Positions 48,801 through 63,822 of a DNA stretch of 64,000 nt are shown here, in pieces. The position numbers and the translations under genes are program-made. How positions within the stretch are numbered: position 1 is the stretch's first letter; each line of letters opens with the position of its first letter. The DNA is taken from contig CM082585.2 in the NCBI GenBank assembly GCA_040954595.2, positions 9,784,564 through 9,848,563 on the forward strand. Direction: 5' to 3'. The notes under the pieces were generated by a model. It made no database searches, had not been told where the DNA came from, and was given only the letters and a program-made list of their open reading frames with translations. The DNA is from Balanoglossus misakiensis. Lineage: Eukaryota; Animalia; Hemichordata.

Positions 48801-51800
48801 CAAGGGCTTGAACGTCTATAAAAGGCTGTCTGTGACCTACGAAACTGTATTATTCGACTTTAAGTTTGTTTAAAAAGCAAACACGTGCAGAATACTGTCG
48901 GGTCTGTTTTGAGCTTTCCCGAGATTTAGCACATTCGACTGAAAACCTGTTATTCCAAAATTGAGCTGGATTCAAAATAACAGACATTTTTGAAAAATAT
49001 CTGACGTCTGCGTTTGAATAGACATAAACCTTTTAAAAAAATTCCCAGATTTCATTAGGTGAACCGGCTTTGCAAGTTATCCATCTTGCGGACTTGTAGA
49101 AACACCTGTAACATGGTCGGTTGCCGTGAAAGCTGGCAATGTTCCCTGTTTCCTATCACTCTCATATGTGACTTGACATTTTTACAAGCGAAGTCATTCT
49201 TTACCCTCTCCACTGTCCTGAAAGGCAATCATTGTTCCCACTGTTTGCTTGCTGGTTATTCATTAACTCCCCTGGACCAAAAAAAAAGGTTCCCTTCTTG
49301 AAGGAAAAGCACACAAGCAGAACTCAGTGTCCTGGCACAGTTTATTTGGGTTTTGCCGCGCAGAACGACTAGCTTTCAAATTACCAGCTCTACCAAAACA
49401 AGCGCTCCAAAGGAACGCATTTAGGCCCTCGCTGAGTTCCCCCCGTCTCCTGTAGAGTGTACAATGTGCACATTATGCGCGGAACAATCGCACACACTTT
49501 GCGCGACTCCACAGAGAGGGGCCAGGGACCTGGGACAGCAAACAGATCCAGTTCACCGTGAAGTATCTGAACACCCCATTCACTCTGACTGTTGCATGGC
49601 AGCTAGAAGCAATATGCGGACAAGCCCACAAAAGTGACAGTTCTGGAATGTCACAACGAACTTCTCGTCTTATGACGACAAGCTAGTTGCCCGGTAGTGA
49701 GCTGCTGAGATCAGATATAATCTCTCTAAGGAGAAATCAGATAATTGCTAATCCTGGGCTGTGATTTCTGAATCATCAACTTCTCAAAACGGCCATTGAG
49801 AACAACTAATATATGTCAAAAAGAGTGAAGGTTAATGCTCGATTTATTGCCCTTAGATATATACTGGTAGGGGTTATGCAATAATGAATTAGCCAATCAT
49901 AATGGCACTACTTTGCTTTCATCGTGATGAATATAACATTTTGATGAAAGAAAGCGGCTGATTGGCTGATCCAGTCTTGAATGTGTCAGGGGCCAATCAG
50001 CACAGTTTTGTGTGAACCACAGCATTTGACCAAACAAGATTGAAGAAGTGCAGACCAGAGAAATTTTACTTGCAAGATCAACTGAAAGAATCACTACGAC
50101 CTCTGCAGCTGGGTCACTCATGGGGCAAGTCATTACCACGGAAACCAAAAACATTAGTGGTTCCATCAATTGAGCCAGCGCAGACTGCCGGACGATGCGA
50201 CATTTGAAACCAAAACGGGGAAGCAACACAAGACATGACCCGTTGTGCAACCTTTTAATGTTCTAAGATTTCACCCCAAAATAATGGGCGGGCATATGCA
50301 CACAGAATTACCCACACAGGCACAGAGTGGCCACTGTGTTTCGCGCTAAGAAAGACATCCGAGTTAGTTTTACACTTTTAACCGCAAAACTCCCAATTAT
50401 CCCAGTACATGTGCAATGTATAGGGACCACAACAGGCAATCCTCCCCCTCCCACCATAAGTCAAATAAAAACAAACCTCTTCGGAGGAAAAAGAGGGGAC
50501 AAAACTCTATATATCGGCTGATGTTGACTTAATATCAAGTTGGCTTTGAGGTTGAAACTGTCATTCTTTGGTTTCAAGAGCAGAAAGTGAAATTACACAC
50601 AGTCAAAACATGGGTGGGAGACTCTCAAAGTATCACCGGAACTTGGACCTCAAATGACAATTCTTAGAAACATTAACCGTGACTCGAATGTTCCCAGGGA
50701 CTGGGACAGTTTCCTTCGGACAAACTGATGCCATTAGCCATATCACTTCTTGTCCCTCCCTGTAAGACTGAGCCCACCCAAACCCGATAATGGTATGATC
50801 CCATCCACATCAGGATTGACCTCTCGTCACTTTTTTTAAAAATTAAATTCCCAAAATCTCAACGAGCGCGTAATGATGTAAAGAATTTCATCACAGACTT
50901 ATCAAGATTTAACTAAGGCTTTATGATGCCATAACGTCACCCAAAAATGTGATAATTTAATCCCATAAGTGCCACTAGGGGTCAATTTATCACAAATGCT
51001 GACCGGGCTCATGCCGATGTCAACTAGACATTGTGCGCTGATAACAAAAAGGACAGTGTCTACATTCTGCCACCCACAGGTTGTGGCGTTAGCAACCGAC
51101 GACCAAGTCACCTGGAGGTCAACCTTCTGAGTGCCATGATCTCTGGGGACTAACAAAGGATTCCACTCTTTCAACAAAACTTTACACATATTTCATGATA
51201 AGGAGGCTTGTCCATAATGCTACTTTATTAACCCTGTCAGAATTAGTCAAATTTATCAACTTTCCCCTTCAAAAATTCTGACATCGTATCTTTTTTTTGG
51301 CCGATTTTAAACCGATCAATCACTCTGGTCGGTTCTGACCCAAAATGAAGGCACGACAGCTAGAAATTTACTCCAAATGGTGGAATTTTTTTCCGCTTGA
51401 AATTCTGGCGGGAAAACATGATACGACAGTTGCTTATAACCCCCTGACCACCAAAGTTCAGTCTCTGGTTCAATCTGCACGCTTGGATAGTAGCCCGCGA
51501 CATCACTCTGGCCTGACACATCATGATTGACTATAATACTAGTATATTGGCAATGGCTATTCTTTCTGTTGGACATGGTTCAAAATTGACCCACGTGGAA
51601 AATATATATGAAGGCTGGGTGTTTTCGCCCTTGAGTGATGTTTCCTGCAATAAAGTCACGCTTTCTGCTTGTCCTTCACAAACCGCCACTTTCAAACTTA
51701 CTTCCTTGCATTTTAAACCCTAAAGGGCCTTCAGATTCTCAGCAGCTGGTGACAGATGCATTGCATATGGCAGTGAAAAACCACCAAAAATGTCTTGATA

Positions 51801-54800
51801 TTGGGTGAAATCTGAAAATACTAAAATTTGACAATAACGTTTGATTTTTAGTCACAAGCCACGGACCAATGCGGTCCCAAGTCAATGATAACAAGCTGTT
51901 CATCCTACTTGATGTACTAGTATATTGGAAGTGGTTTTTCATCTCTGGACTAGAAATATCGCCTCAGTCACATTTCAGATACCATATTTCACTGATTAAA
52001 TACGCACTTTCGCTGAGGTCCTGATTAGGACCGCACATCAAGAATTTTTTGAACACTGCTTCTGTGTGATGACTGAGTATGGAGGCAGTGCATGCAGCCA
52101 TAGCCAGACACTCTAAGCATAATAGTTATAAGGGTACCCTGGAACGCTTACTTGCTGGCGATCTATTGTTTCCGTTCCAACCTTGAATCAGCTTTCTGGG
52201 CAGACACATAATTGCACCAACAATACACTTTGCATTGTGTTGATGAACAGAACCGTACCGTCCCTGACCATTACACCTGACCGACCATTTTAGACACAAA
52301 AAGGTAAATGGAAATTTCGACTGGGCCAAGGCTGTTCGCCAAAATGGTTTGCTGGTTGCATTTACAAGTGATGTCTCACTTTTTAACAACAGTTTTGATG
52401 GCCAACTCTTCGGGATTCAACTCAAGCCTTGGTAGACAGACCACTGCAAGAAAAGCACCACTTGATCACTGCAGGACAAAAAACTAGTATGTTATGCCTT
52501 TTAAATCTTTATACAGTAGTATTCTGCCATATATACACACGCTTCGAGCAGTAAAAATATTCCCTGTGGTGATGAGGTCTTTCACAAACATGCGACTCAA
52601 TCCAGAACTGCTTTTCAGGCAACACAGCAATTTTAATACGTCTGACCTTTGGTGGGGATCTTTTTAAAAAAGCTTTGACAACGTTTTTGTTGGGGTGCAT
52701 ACTCCCGCTTTTTATTGGGCATTTAAAAAGAGTAGTGGGTTAAAAATCCACATTTTCTCTGTTTAATTGGTCATTTTATGATCCTCTGCAAAAATACCGA
52801 CAGTAAGCGGGTCTGCTCTGTGCGGCTCACGTGTGGTTTTCCTTGACATTTATACACACATACACTTCTCTTTTCAAGATGGTGGTACTGTATCACACTC
52901 CGTGACAGGGTTTCTATTGGCGTGGCGACTGTCAGGGTTGCCATAGAGATGCAAAATGACTTCTACAATGGCTTACGAAATCTCTGAAGTATCCAATTTT
53001 GGTCAAGTTCCAATAGTCTGAGATGAATAGTGATATTAAAACCACTGATTGTTCATTTCAAGGGTGTAAAAACAGTGGTTTTTAACTGTGTGTTTTTGTG
53101 TGGAGGGGGTTTGAGGGGTCAATCATTCTCCTTTAGTGGCACGACATGTTCAAGATAAAAAAACGATAAATAGGGAGGGAGATAGCGATATTCAACAGTG
53201 GAGAAATTCCCACAGCAAGAACATTTCTTTTGTCACGGCAAAGACACATATCACTAAGCTCGCAGCAACGGCACATATATTCCCACAAGAACTCCCGACG
53301 ACCATGATTAAAAAGATCCGACGCCCTGATTAGTAGCATATGTGTTCTCGATTTTTTTTCCCTCAACATTTCCAACGACGACGCCAGTCACAACAGCAAC
53401 AAGGTCAGCAACATCCGCCGCTGGGACGTTGACACTTTTCATACTCCGAAATATGTAAAGTCAATGGCCAATAAAGATGAAGAATTTCACAGGTCAAGGG
53501 TCGCCAACTTAGTGGTCAGTGACACTCATGTTGTATACTGGTAGGCCCTGCTCTTTTCTATGAATAGAATTATGCCTGGTCATTTTGTATCATACACACT
53601 TTGTGAAGATAGTCTTCATCGATTTAAAGAAAAGATTCTAGTCCTTGAAAAATCTATAAAACAAGTTTACTACTTTGCAAAATACATGTAGCTTTGTGAG
53701 TTCTCTAATAATTTTTTGAATTCTTTAACTTTTCTTTAGTATCAGACACAAAATCACTATAAAATAGAAGTTGACAATCATTACGATGGAATTTTTCAGC
53801 TAACATATTTTCCTGCACATTCTTAAACTCATAAAAGTATGGCTGCCAACGTACAACGTTTCACACGCCCTGAAGAACACCAGGTGCAGACTCTCTCTCT
53901 CTCACTTCTTTCAATCAATCACCTCTCGACTTGCTTTCCTGTATTCACCACTCTCTAATCTCCGTTATTCACCGACCGCACTTTTTATTCTGTGCGATTT
54001 TTTTTTTCTTTCAAGCAAGGGATCGACCGACGTGCGATTTTATTGCGCGACCTGCGCCCCCGCGGATAAAAGATCTGTTGTCGCACCGAAAGCACAGGGA
54101 TGAACCATTATTCAGTGTTCAATACCTGTCCTTAACCTATCTCTTGATGAAACTTTTTTTTTCGTCCATTCAAGTTGCTCACAAAACACCCACTGCTATC
54201 TCAGATTTACACAGCCCGCCCCACAGATGTAAACTTCCCCCCGTACAGTCAATCTTTACATTCGGCCTAAAAGAGAACATTTCTCGCGGCTGGCAACAAG
54301 CCGCCGAAAGTCTAAATTGCCATTTCGGTCAGCCTGGAGTGCCGCTTGAAGTACATCCACAAACAGGGTCTGTGTCGGCCATGTTTGCCGAGATTGTTCA
54401 AAATATCAATGCGGGGCGAGTGTCCTGAATGGCGCACACAAACACCACTAAACAAAGAGTTTCCGGGGAGGGGTCACACCTCTGGTATTATGTGCCGTTT
54501 GATATATAGTATTACTCCTGGTCGAAAGCTGTTAAAAATCACAATGATTCAGAAGCATTCAGAAAGAAAAATAATTTGCACCATACCACACACATTGTTG
54601 GTAGCTATTCCAACACACAAAAGTGCAGAAGATGAAAAAGAAATATGTCTGTATACCTGACTTATGGTATCTACATGTACCACTATCTGATCTGTGTCTA
54701 CATCTTTCTCTACCTCTCAGACTGTGTCTGCGTGAATCTCTGGTTTCCTCTACAATTGAAAAGACATGCACATCCCTTCTCTGACTTCACAGATACAACA

Positions 54801-57800
54801 TGGGCCCATGCAATGTCTGGGGGTGGGGTTAGTATCATGATTAAATGTTCCATTTGATTGTGATCACTGCCCACACACTCAGCATGTCACTCTCTGTTAG
54901 CTGTTGATACCCTAGCAACAGCCATTTTCTTTTTATGAATAAAATATCCAGATATGAAAAACCCACGCAATTTCATACAAAACCTAGCACAATTCATTGC
55001 TTCTTTAAATTCTCACATAACTCATCACAGGTGAACCAGCATTCCACACAAATATTTTCACGTAGTTATAATTACATTTTTTGACGATAAGTAAGACATT
55101 GCACCACTCTGCTGATTGACGACTACGTGCGGGTATGCAAGTTTCAGTCAAAAATGGAGACACCTGTCATACTTATATCAATAAAATATTGCACAATTTC
55201 CTCAGCCCACGTCAGCATGTAACTTGCAATCTAATGATGGATTTTCTAAAATTCCACAAACTAATTATCAAACTTGCATTTCTTCACGGTACTTGTAAAT
55301 ACTTCATTTATTTGTAAGGTGAGAAGGCCAAATTCTCTCATTTTTTGTCGAACCAAATTGGCTGGTAGCTGTAAGTCTAAAAGGTTTTGGAGATTATCAA
55401 AATTACCATGTGCTGATCCCCATAACTGTATTTTTTAACCAAAATTGTAAATACACGCATTCACGGTTCTTTGTCATATAAACGACAGTATTTTACAGGT
55501 TTTGACTAAATATGAAGCAATAAGCCCAACATAGATGTAGTTGACCGGTCAGGCACGCTGAATAGCTCCAAAGTCCAAGTGGTTTTGCCGGCAAATCGCG
55601 ATCAACAGTTATTTATGGCATTTTTTGCAGCCATAGTACAGGAAGCGTCCCATAATTCACCTGAAGAGGGACGGACAAGTCCATTAGTTTTATCAAGTCA
55701 TAACAAAGGTCAAATTTATGGGTAACTAGGAAGACCAGCGGCCTTGATGCACAATGACCACGACCTTGACTGACCGTCTTCTTTTATTCTTGCTTCGATA
55801 CATGGCTTTTAAATTTAAAATGGCCACCTCAAATCGTTGAACACTTAGGGGGGGAAGTTTTTTTTAGATTTTTATCTTATCACAAGTCTGCTCATCACAC
55901 CCACAAGGCACAATTTCTGCCATCATCATTATCTTCTATTGGGAAGAAATATTTAATCACTTTTTCTTATCATTCTATTGTAATGCAGATAAAGCTAACT
56001 TATACTAAGGTACAAATGGAAATGGCACTTCGTGTGTTCATCAATGGAGTAGTGTACCTTGCTGCCATCAGAGAAATCTTTGTTTGTGGCTTCAATCATT
56101 AAGTGCATCATCAAGACGCTCGGATAAACAGTCAAGGAAGGATAGAATGATTTTGAATGCTTCTGGAGCTTAGGAGTGTAATTTACTCCAGGTTCTAGGG
56201 CTGTTCTCGGCTTGAAGTGGCTGGCACAAGTAGGGCGGCGCAATTAAACGGCGGTCGTCACTGGCAACAGCTGTTTCACACCTCGTGAAAAGTTTGCGGG
56301 CGCGGAGAAGTTCGACCGGTTGACATGATCCGTTCTGGCGATGAGAGGTGTGGGAGTGCGAGTAGAACGAACGACAAATGGGGAATATCTTGCCGAGGGT
56401 CTTGATTGAAACGGCCTGACCCGGCACTCGGGCTAAATCAACCAGGGGCTCCCAGGGTTCCTCTCGGAATAATCAACGCAGTTGCATTCGAATGCAACAG
56501 CCAAATGTTACCAGAGTGACAAAACTGTTCACACGTGTTCCAAAATTTCACCCGAAAATGCTGTTTTCTGAGCTGTTTCAAGGATTCCAATCACCACGGA
56601 GAAGCTACCATCCTTCACAAAAATAATCCTACCAAAATAATCTCATTACAATTCATACTTTTGATTACCCACTGTCTGACACCTACGTAACACTGCCAGC
56701 TTAATTTAACTCTCAAATTGACCTCTTTCCGTTGCAGTCAATATCCAAGCTATTGGTCATTTCCTATAGCCACTTTTATTCTCCCAATTGCGAAAGACGG
56801 TACATTATAACTGCATGGTTGACTGCTCACTATTTTCACTCTATTGAGTTTGGAAATAGATATTGATTCACTTGGCTCTTACACATTGAGTATTTGGCCC
56901 ATCAAATATTCTGACCTACATGACGCCATACAAAAATTGTTTCTTGTTGCACAAGGTTTCTGTTTTTCCAAAATCATGGCTATTTGCCAACTATCCAAAT
57001 TTTCAGTCTTTGTGAAACTAAACAAAGAACAGAACAGAAATGATGATATTGGTCCACAGAGAAAAAAAGACTATCCATTTTTTTTTATTTTCACTGTAAA
57101 AACATATCTATTCTGGAAAAACAAAAAAACTGGAATAAAAGGAAAATTTTACTTTGGCCTATACACGTGTACAGTTTTACATGAATCATCAATAGATCGA
57201 GTCTTTCTATTTTTAGTTTTATTACCTTTCACACACAAATGTTGATTTTAATTATTTAAAGGGAAAATATGGCTTAAATACAGTATTGACCTAATTTGTT
57301 TATGTATGATACATAAATCAAAGTTTAAAAATAAACACCATATCGCTTCTAAAATTATGCAACTCTGAATTTCAGGGACTAAAAATGTATTCATCAGATA
57401 TATGCATGTACAATATTTGGAAAGATGAGCAGCTTAATAGAAGTGGTCTAGAAGCCAGAGATGACTGCTAATTCTTTCAACGCCATAGTCAACTCGTCAT
57501 CATCGTTCAAAAATGAAACTTTTTTCCAATTTTTTCTCAAATTTTGATTAACATGTGAAGACAATGAAAATTTATGTCCACTTGGTCTAAAATTAGGGGG
57601 GAAAATGAGAGAAAAATGGGTGAAAATGTTAACATGTTGCACCACATTTCGACAGAGAAAATGCGCTGTTCAAAGGGTTAATCTTTACGTGATTTTTAAG
57701 TATTTTGTTGGCTCAGACTATCGGTGCAAAAACAAGAAACATGAGTGTACAAGAATTCCAAGCAGTTGCAGTGACCAAAAGCGCATGTCATGTGAGAACC

Positions 57801-60800
57801 CCTTTTTTTCTCATCGTCACAAAGCAAGACTGCTTTGTATGGGTGTGTACTTCGCAGTGATTCAGCTACGACTTGAAACAAAGCAAAGAATTTCAAACAT
57901 TGGTTCTTCCCTCTGGTGTCAAATCTCCTTTTTCACTCTCTACAGTCGCAGCACAAAGACTGCAAACACGTCAGGCAGTTTGTACAGCTATGAACGCAGT
58001 GTAATGCGAAGACCACAGATTCTATTGTGTGAAAGGGGCAGTGTTTCTTTAGCAAAACCAAGTTTTCCACCCACTATGATTCATACCCTGTTTTCAGCAT
58101 GGGAGACCAATTTACCTTTTTCACTACCATGATTCTTTTCAATATCATGGTTGGGGCAAAAAAAACAAAAGAAAGGGTCAAAAGGGTTCAGACGCGAAAT
58201 AATCTTCCAACTATTGCATTTCCCAGGTTCCTGCCGTACAACAATTTTGAAAACATGATGAAAACAAATGTTTTTTTCCACTGGGCACGTGGTTTACTGA
58301 CCTACCCTTACTGTGCAATGCTTGTATCCTTGACATAAATACATATAAGCCCTGTCGTAATGAGCAACCAACCGGCTGGTCAGGAAACTATTTTTAGGAC
58401 TTAGCAAATCAGCTGAAACACAGTCTCAACTGCGAGTGTTCAAATAAACTCCCCGATAGAAATAACCATGACGACCTATATCTGCAATATGTCTGATTCA
58501 TTGAACACATCCTTTAAGTGATGTTATTTATAAGTTTAATGGGTCCATCAGTTGCAGTACGGCAAGAGGTGCATTACTTCAGCTACAAGTGAAGTCCTTA
58601 CTGGGGAGGGGTTGCTAAGCAACTTTTAAGTATACGGCACTTGGTTTCCATGGAAATGTGAAACTTGCCAGTAGTAGCATGCCACAGGTGAATTTTTTGT
58701 AAAGTCTAGTATGTTCTGTACGTGTTCTTTCATAATAAAATCTCCTCTCGGTAATGAAAACATATCGGCGTTGCGACAGCTTCGACGTTCCAGTTGCATA
58801 AACTGAAAAAGAGGGTCTTGCTTCGTTTAACCTCTTATCATCCCCCCAGAATACAATATTCCTTTTGTTTCCTGTGATCACATGGACCGTACCACTGCAA
58901 AGCGGGGAGGGGAGCCTGGACTGTTGCAATGCCAGTTTTTGTCTTTTTCCCCTCAAGGCCTTGGACATATTGTTATTAGTGAAGTTTCACAGATTGGAGA
59001 TTATCCATCTTTGTGTTAATGCCCTGTCACCGCATGTTCCCCGAGAGCGAGACATTGATGTTCCATCGTCATTCTTGCTCCGCAGCCTCAAGATGTAAGG
59101 CACTGGTATTTGAGTCTCCTCAATCACTGAATCAGGGAGCGATGCTAGAACAGCGTCGCTAGGGATACCCGCGGAAGCCCTCGACTCAAACACCAGGGTG
59201 AGATCAGCCATGAGTTGGTAATGGGTACCCCTAGTTCAACAGTTGGTCACACCTGATTAGGCATCTGGGCTTTTTTATGAGAAAAAAAAAACGAGCAAAA
59301 GACCAACCACAAAGGGAAAACTCAGAGCATGCCATACCTTCATCTTTCACTTTTTATTGTTTCCACACGACTGCTGCTGGAGGTGACCAAATCAGATAAG
59401 CCTTGTCTAGAAAAGATCTAATACCTATACATTATTATGTTATGATACCATGAAACTGTTTCAGAGTACGAGTAAATGTTAACTTTCCCCGAAATAACTA
59501 TTCTGTAAGCAGTGGATTTAACTTTTTACAGATTTGGTTATATTCTGTGGGGTACAGTGTCTGCGAACTTTAGTCTTGTGTTTGGAGAATATACACATGG
59601 AAATTGTATAATCTGTGCAAAAAATGAAAGTTTATACCGAGAGCACGAAAATGTCAAGGTTTGAACTCTTTAAATATACCACTGGACTCCAGAAAGAGTA
59701 ACATATGTACAATTTTGACATGTGTGGTACACTCTTGTTTAAAATTTTGGGAACTGTGAAAAAAAAATTAAAATAATAAAAAGACCACATTTGAATTGTG
59801 TAGATTATGTAAAATGTGACAATACCTGTAGTTATTAAATTTAATTAAAGTTTCACCGCAAAAGTAACAAGTGAAACATAGAATCATACAGTTTAATTTT
59901 TACAACTTTCTTGCTCTAGAAAACTGAAACTGCTTTTTCAGAACAATAAGAACGATGGATTTCACGGGAATGACGGAGATACAGCGCCGGTGGGATTGGA
60001 CAGGACGAGAAGCCAGACTCCGTGACCATCGCACATTACCGTGAATACAAAAGAAGTTTAAGTGTAACAGAGACAAGATGGCGGCAATAAAACGTTACTT
60101 TTTTCTTCAAAAGAGTTGAGGAGCTCTTTTACAGGTAGGCTCCATTCCATTGGCCAACAACTAAACCATGTGCTGGGCACAATATCTGATTTCCATAAAT
60201 ACCCTTAGGGTGGAGTAAAATCATAATCTCGGACGATCATTAAGGCACAATTGTTTTCTTTTCTGTTGTGTCTTCCTTTGTTTTGTCTTTGTTGCTGAAT
60301 CAATACCTTGATCCACAAGACAGAGTTTTATCTTCCATCGTCCTTTATAAAGCCATCGCCATGTCTGGGATAACCGTCAGCTCCCGGGCTCTTTAACGCA
60401 CGCCCGACTAAACAACATATTGTTTATTGCATCTTGTGCATTCAGCCATCCAGAGAGGACCGAGGGGAATACTATCCAGTTGCCATGGAAATTGAGATTG
60501 ACCCTTGAACTTGTCTTCAGTATGGATGATGTTGTCTAGGTTTGAAAACTTGGAAGATACCTATTAACACCACTTTTTGTCGCATAAGTTCCCTTTATTT
60601 TTGTTTTTTGTTTTGTTTTGTTTTGTTTGTTCTTTAAAGCCTTATTGGATCGTTTCATCGGAATTTCTTAGAGAAAGACGAACAATGGAAGAACAACGGT
60701 ACCTGTGCAACAATATCGAGTTACACCCCCCTTTCACCCTCATTGTTGGATTTTGACACTTTTTACAAAACCAATCTGCGTCATGACAATTGCCGGCTTA

Positions 60801-62049
60801 AATTACAGCTTCATGAATTCACGGCATTCTGTAGCTTTTAACCTTGTATTTCAAAAGAGTGGTTTTATCATTGGCACAAATTGCACCTGTTCAAAAATGA
60901 TTCTTGCTACAATATCGGACTTTGTAGTTGAGAATTGGGCAAAATTTATTTGAGGTGCAATCATTGTGAATTTACCTGTCTGATATTTTAATCGCCCGCA
61001 AGACTTTTGATAAGATGAAGGACGTTGTACACATTATAGATTTAATCTGTTTGGGTGGCACACCGAGTGAGCGAGCTAGCCGAGATTTTAATCAACTCTG
61101 ATGGTTGCATGCTGTGTGATATAATCATATCCCGTGATAGCGGTCACCACAAGATTGATTGAAAAAAAAATTGTCTGAATTTTCCCTCTTTCTGATCGGA
61201 ACAGTAATCAGATTGAGCGAAGTATCACTCACAGCAAATCTGGATCATTGAATGATGGAAAGAACAAACCCGTAACATCAGTGGTTGAGAAGATTGCAAC
61301 ATCGCCATTTGGACAGTCTGTCAGTCACTCTATCGCAAAATATCACAAAATTGCACTCCTATCAGAAAAGAAAATATTTCCCTTCTGATAGTCTCTTGAC
61401 CTGAGGGCAGTGAGGAGCAGTCGTCATGGACATGGCCACAAATATACGACCCATAAAATCAATAAACTCTGCCTGTGTGTGCGTCATTAACAGCAAAATG
61501 TGATATCTTGTAATTACATTTACCGGTAATTAAATTAAATGATTTTGATGGCACACTCTTGGCAATAAAAACCATGATTTTTTTTTTTGAAGGACACTGG
61601 GAATTATATCACTGACATTTACCAGAGGTGCACCATGGTGGGCTGGAAGGTTTGTTGAGAAAGAAATGTCAAGGTTGAGACTAAAATACAACACGTCTGT
61701 CAAGAGTTGAGAAAACATCGCACCCGCCTCTCTACAGTTACCCTATCTACTGTCAACTCTGCAGTGAATTATTTCTCGTGTCATATCACAAAATGACTCA
61801 CTTGACAAACTTCAGCCCACTCGATTTGGGCAAATAAAATTCATCCTTGCGATGATGACGGCCGACATCGTACGCCATGATTGACGATCGACAGACAGTC
61901 AGTCTTTTTGGGGTGGACACACAGTCTAGCCACGCAGAGGGCGAATATTGAACGAGACAGAGAGAAATCATCACTGCCAATTCTAGAGAGGTTATTTTAG
62001 TTGTGCCATGAAGCGAGTGACCAAATTGGTTGATTCCTAGATCAAATCG

Positions 62050-62084
62050 GTTCCCATGGCAACATAGTCGGTTTCCCTGGCAAC
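62050..62084. promoter_or_regulatory. Tandem RFX X-box-like motifs
   Basis: GTTCCCATGGCAAC (62050) and GTTTCCCTGGCAAC (62071), both close to the GTNRCC(N)ATGGNAAC consensus. Confidence 0.45.
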
Positions 62085-63822
62085 CGTCACGGAGTGGGAG
62101 GGGGGAATAGGAAATAGTTTTGAAAACCTATAAGTCACACATGACTGTCCCGCATGGGATGTGGTTAGGGCTGTAAAAAATCTTCCATTTGTTCTCGATG
62201 ACAGTTTAAGGTTGAAACCTTTGTCATACACAGGTAGGATTGGAACCATCCATTATGAAGCTGAGACATAGGGGTGGACAGGGTCAAACTTCAAAACTTT
62301 TACCTTCACCCCCAGATGATGAGCCATGTTGTAAATAGGTGTAATAAGAACCTCTTTAGCCGAGAATGCCTCCTAAATGTCAGGGTTTTAATTTATCAGC
62401 ACTGTCCGGTTCACAAACGGGGATTTAACTTTTAAAAGATACACACACACGATACCGAAATAGACCGTTTATGTGGTTTACTGAAGCAAACATGTCAGGC
62501 TGGGAGATAGATAATGGACTAGTGGGTTGCACTTTGCTCTCATATCAACCACATGAACTGGATCTTGGCAATGTTCAAAAACTCCATAGAAACGACCGGT
62601 AGCCATCTTGGATTTTAAAATAATTCTGTGTTTGTCTTGTTTGGTTTTAGATGTTTTTTATCGAACAAATAGCAAACAATGTCATTCACATCAGTTGAAG
62701 ATTGTAAATCATTCTCAGTCAGTACAGTACAATGTCAAAACTTTTTTCTGCAGTAGCGACAGTCACAGCGGACCTACTGTAGGGTGAGTAAGGTTACAAG
62801 TCAGGTGTATTTCAATATGCAGACTACTCCAAACCATGGTCGGTTTTAAATCACCCACATTCCAGACTTCTTTTTAACTATTTCTGACAGCCACTCGAAT
62901 AACGTTACCACACAAATCAGCTGGGTGTAACTCAGGTATCCCCGACAACGGTGACCCAATCAAAATTTGCTTAGTTACGGAACGGCACCGAGTCTGCCGA
63001 ATATAATGAGGACCGTTCATGAAGACTTGAGATTAAGGCCAGATTAGGCAAATTTGGTATAAATTACATGAACCTGGCAAAGTTTGACATAAATTGGCTA
63101 TAAATTGTGATCGAGTATCAGATAACGGGGCAGCATTCTAAATTTACTAAGTCACAGATATTTTAAGAAGTGCGCATAAAGGACATGTAATACCCTCTGA
63201 CTTTACACAGACTTATATATATAACTGGAACAAAACAAGCACCAACACGCACTCCTGGTTTTCTAACTGCAAATTCTTTTTTCGGAGAGCTATTTAGTTT
63301 CATTTGAGCATGAGTTTTCCAAAGTTTAGACAAGCTAGAATAAACAGAGGGCACCGCAGTGGGCTCTTTTTATCCGGCCTTTTATCCGGCCTGACATTTT
63401 GGAGGAATCGCAAGACAAGCGTCCCTGCACGTGTGCATTACTGGAGAAAAGTGAACACACACTGGCTTTATGCGATCATAATTGACATTTGTAGTCAATT
63501 CAGTGCTGTGAAGTGTATGAGAAGTATCAAATTTTTGACGCAAAATGTGCAGAAAATGATTTGGGCTTCCCTGATTTCGTTTGCACAGCACCAAATTACA
63601 CGTGTGCACAAGGGCCACCGAGCCTCCACTGACAAATACTAACACATGTACAGTTGTACGCAGATAAAAAACCCACCATACACACACTGGCACATAAGCG
63701 CTCAAAGACAAAGAAGCCTATTGAAGGATTAATGTCGTACAGTAAACTTCAGAAGGGGTACTCCAGAAAGGTCCAGTTTGACCTTGACAACGGGACAGAC
63801 ACATTCTCAGGTTGCTACTCAC

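Noticed and set aside
53855-53890. Hammerhead ribozyme core (CTGAAGA near GTTTC)
   Set aside because: The order and orientation of CUGANGA and GAAA and the required stems do not fit. Other CTGATGA sites also lacked stems.
61798-61980. Candidate additional anosmin exon (gtgagt donor at 61801)
   Set aside because: No good acceptor or Cys pattern. The 63823-63879 exon already supplies the expected motif in phase.
62205-62288. Third copy of the TTAA MITE
   Set aside because: Only patchy similarity to the right end (ATAGGGGTG..AGGGTCAA), too weak to call.
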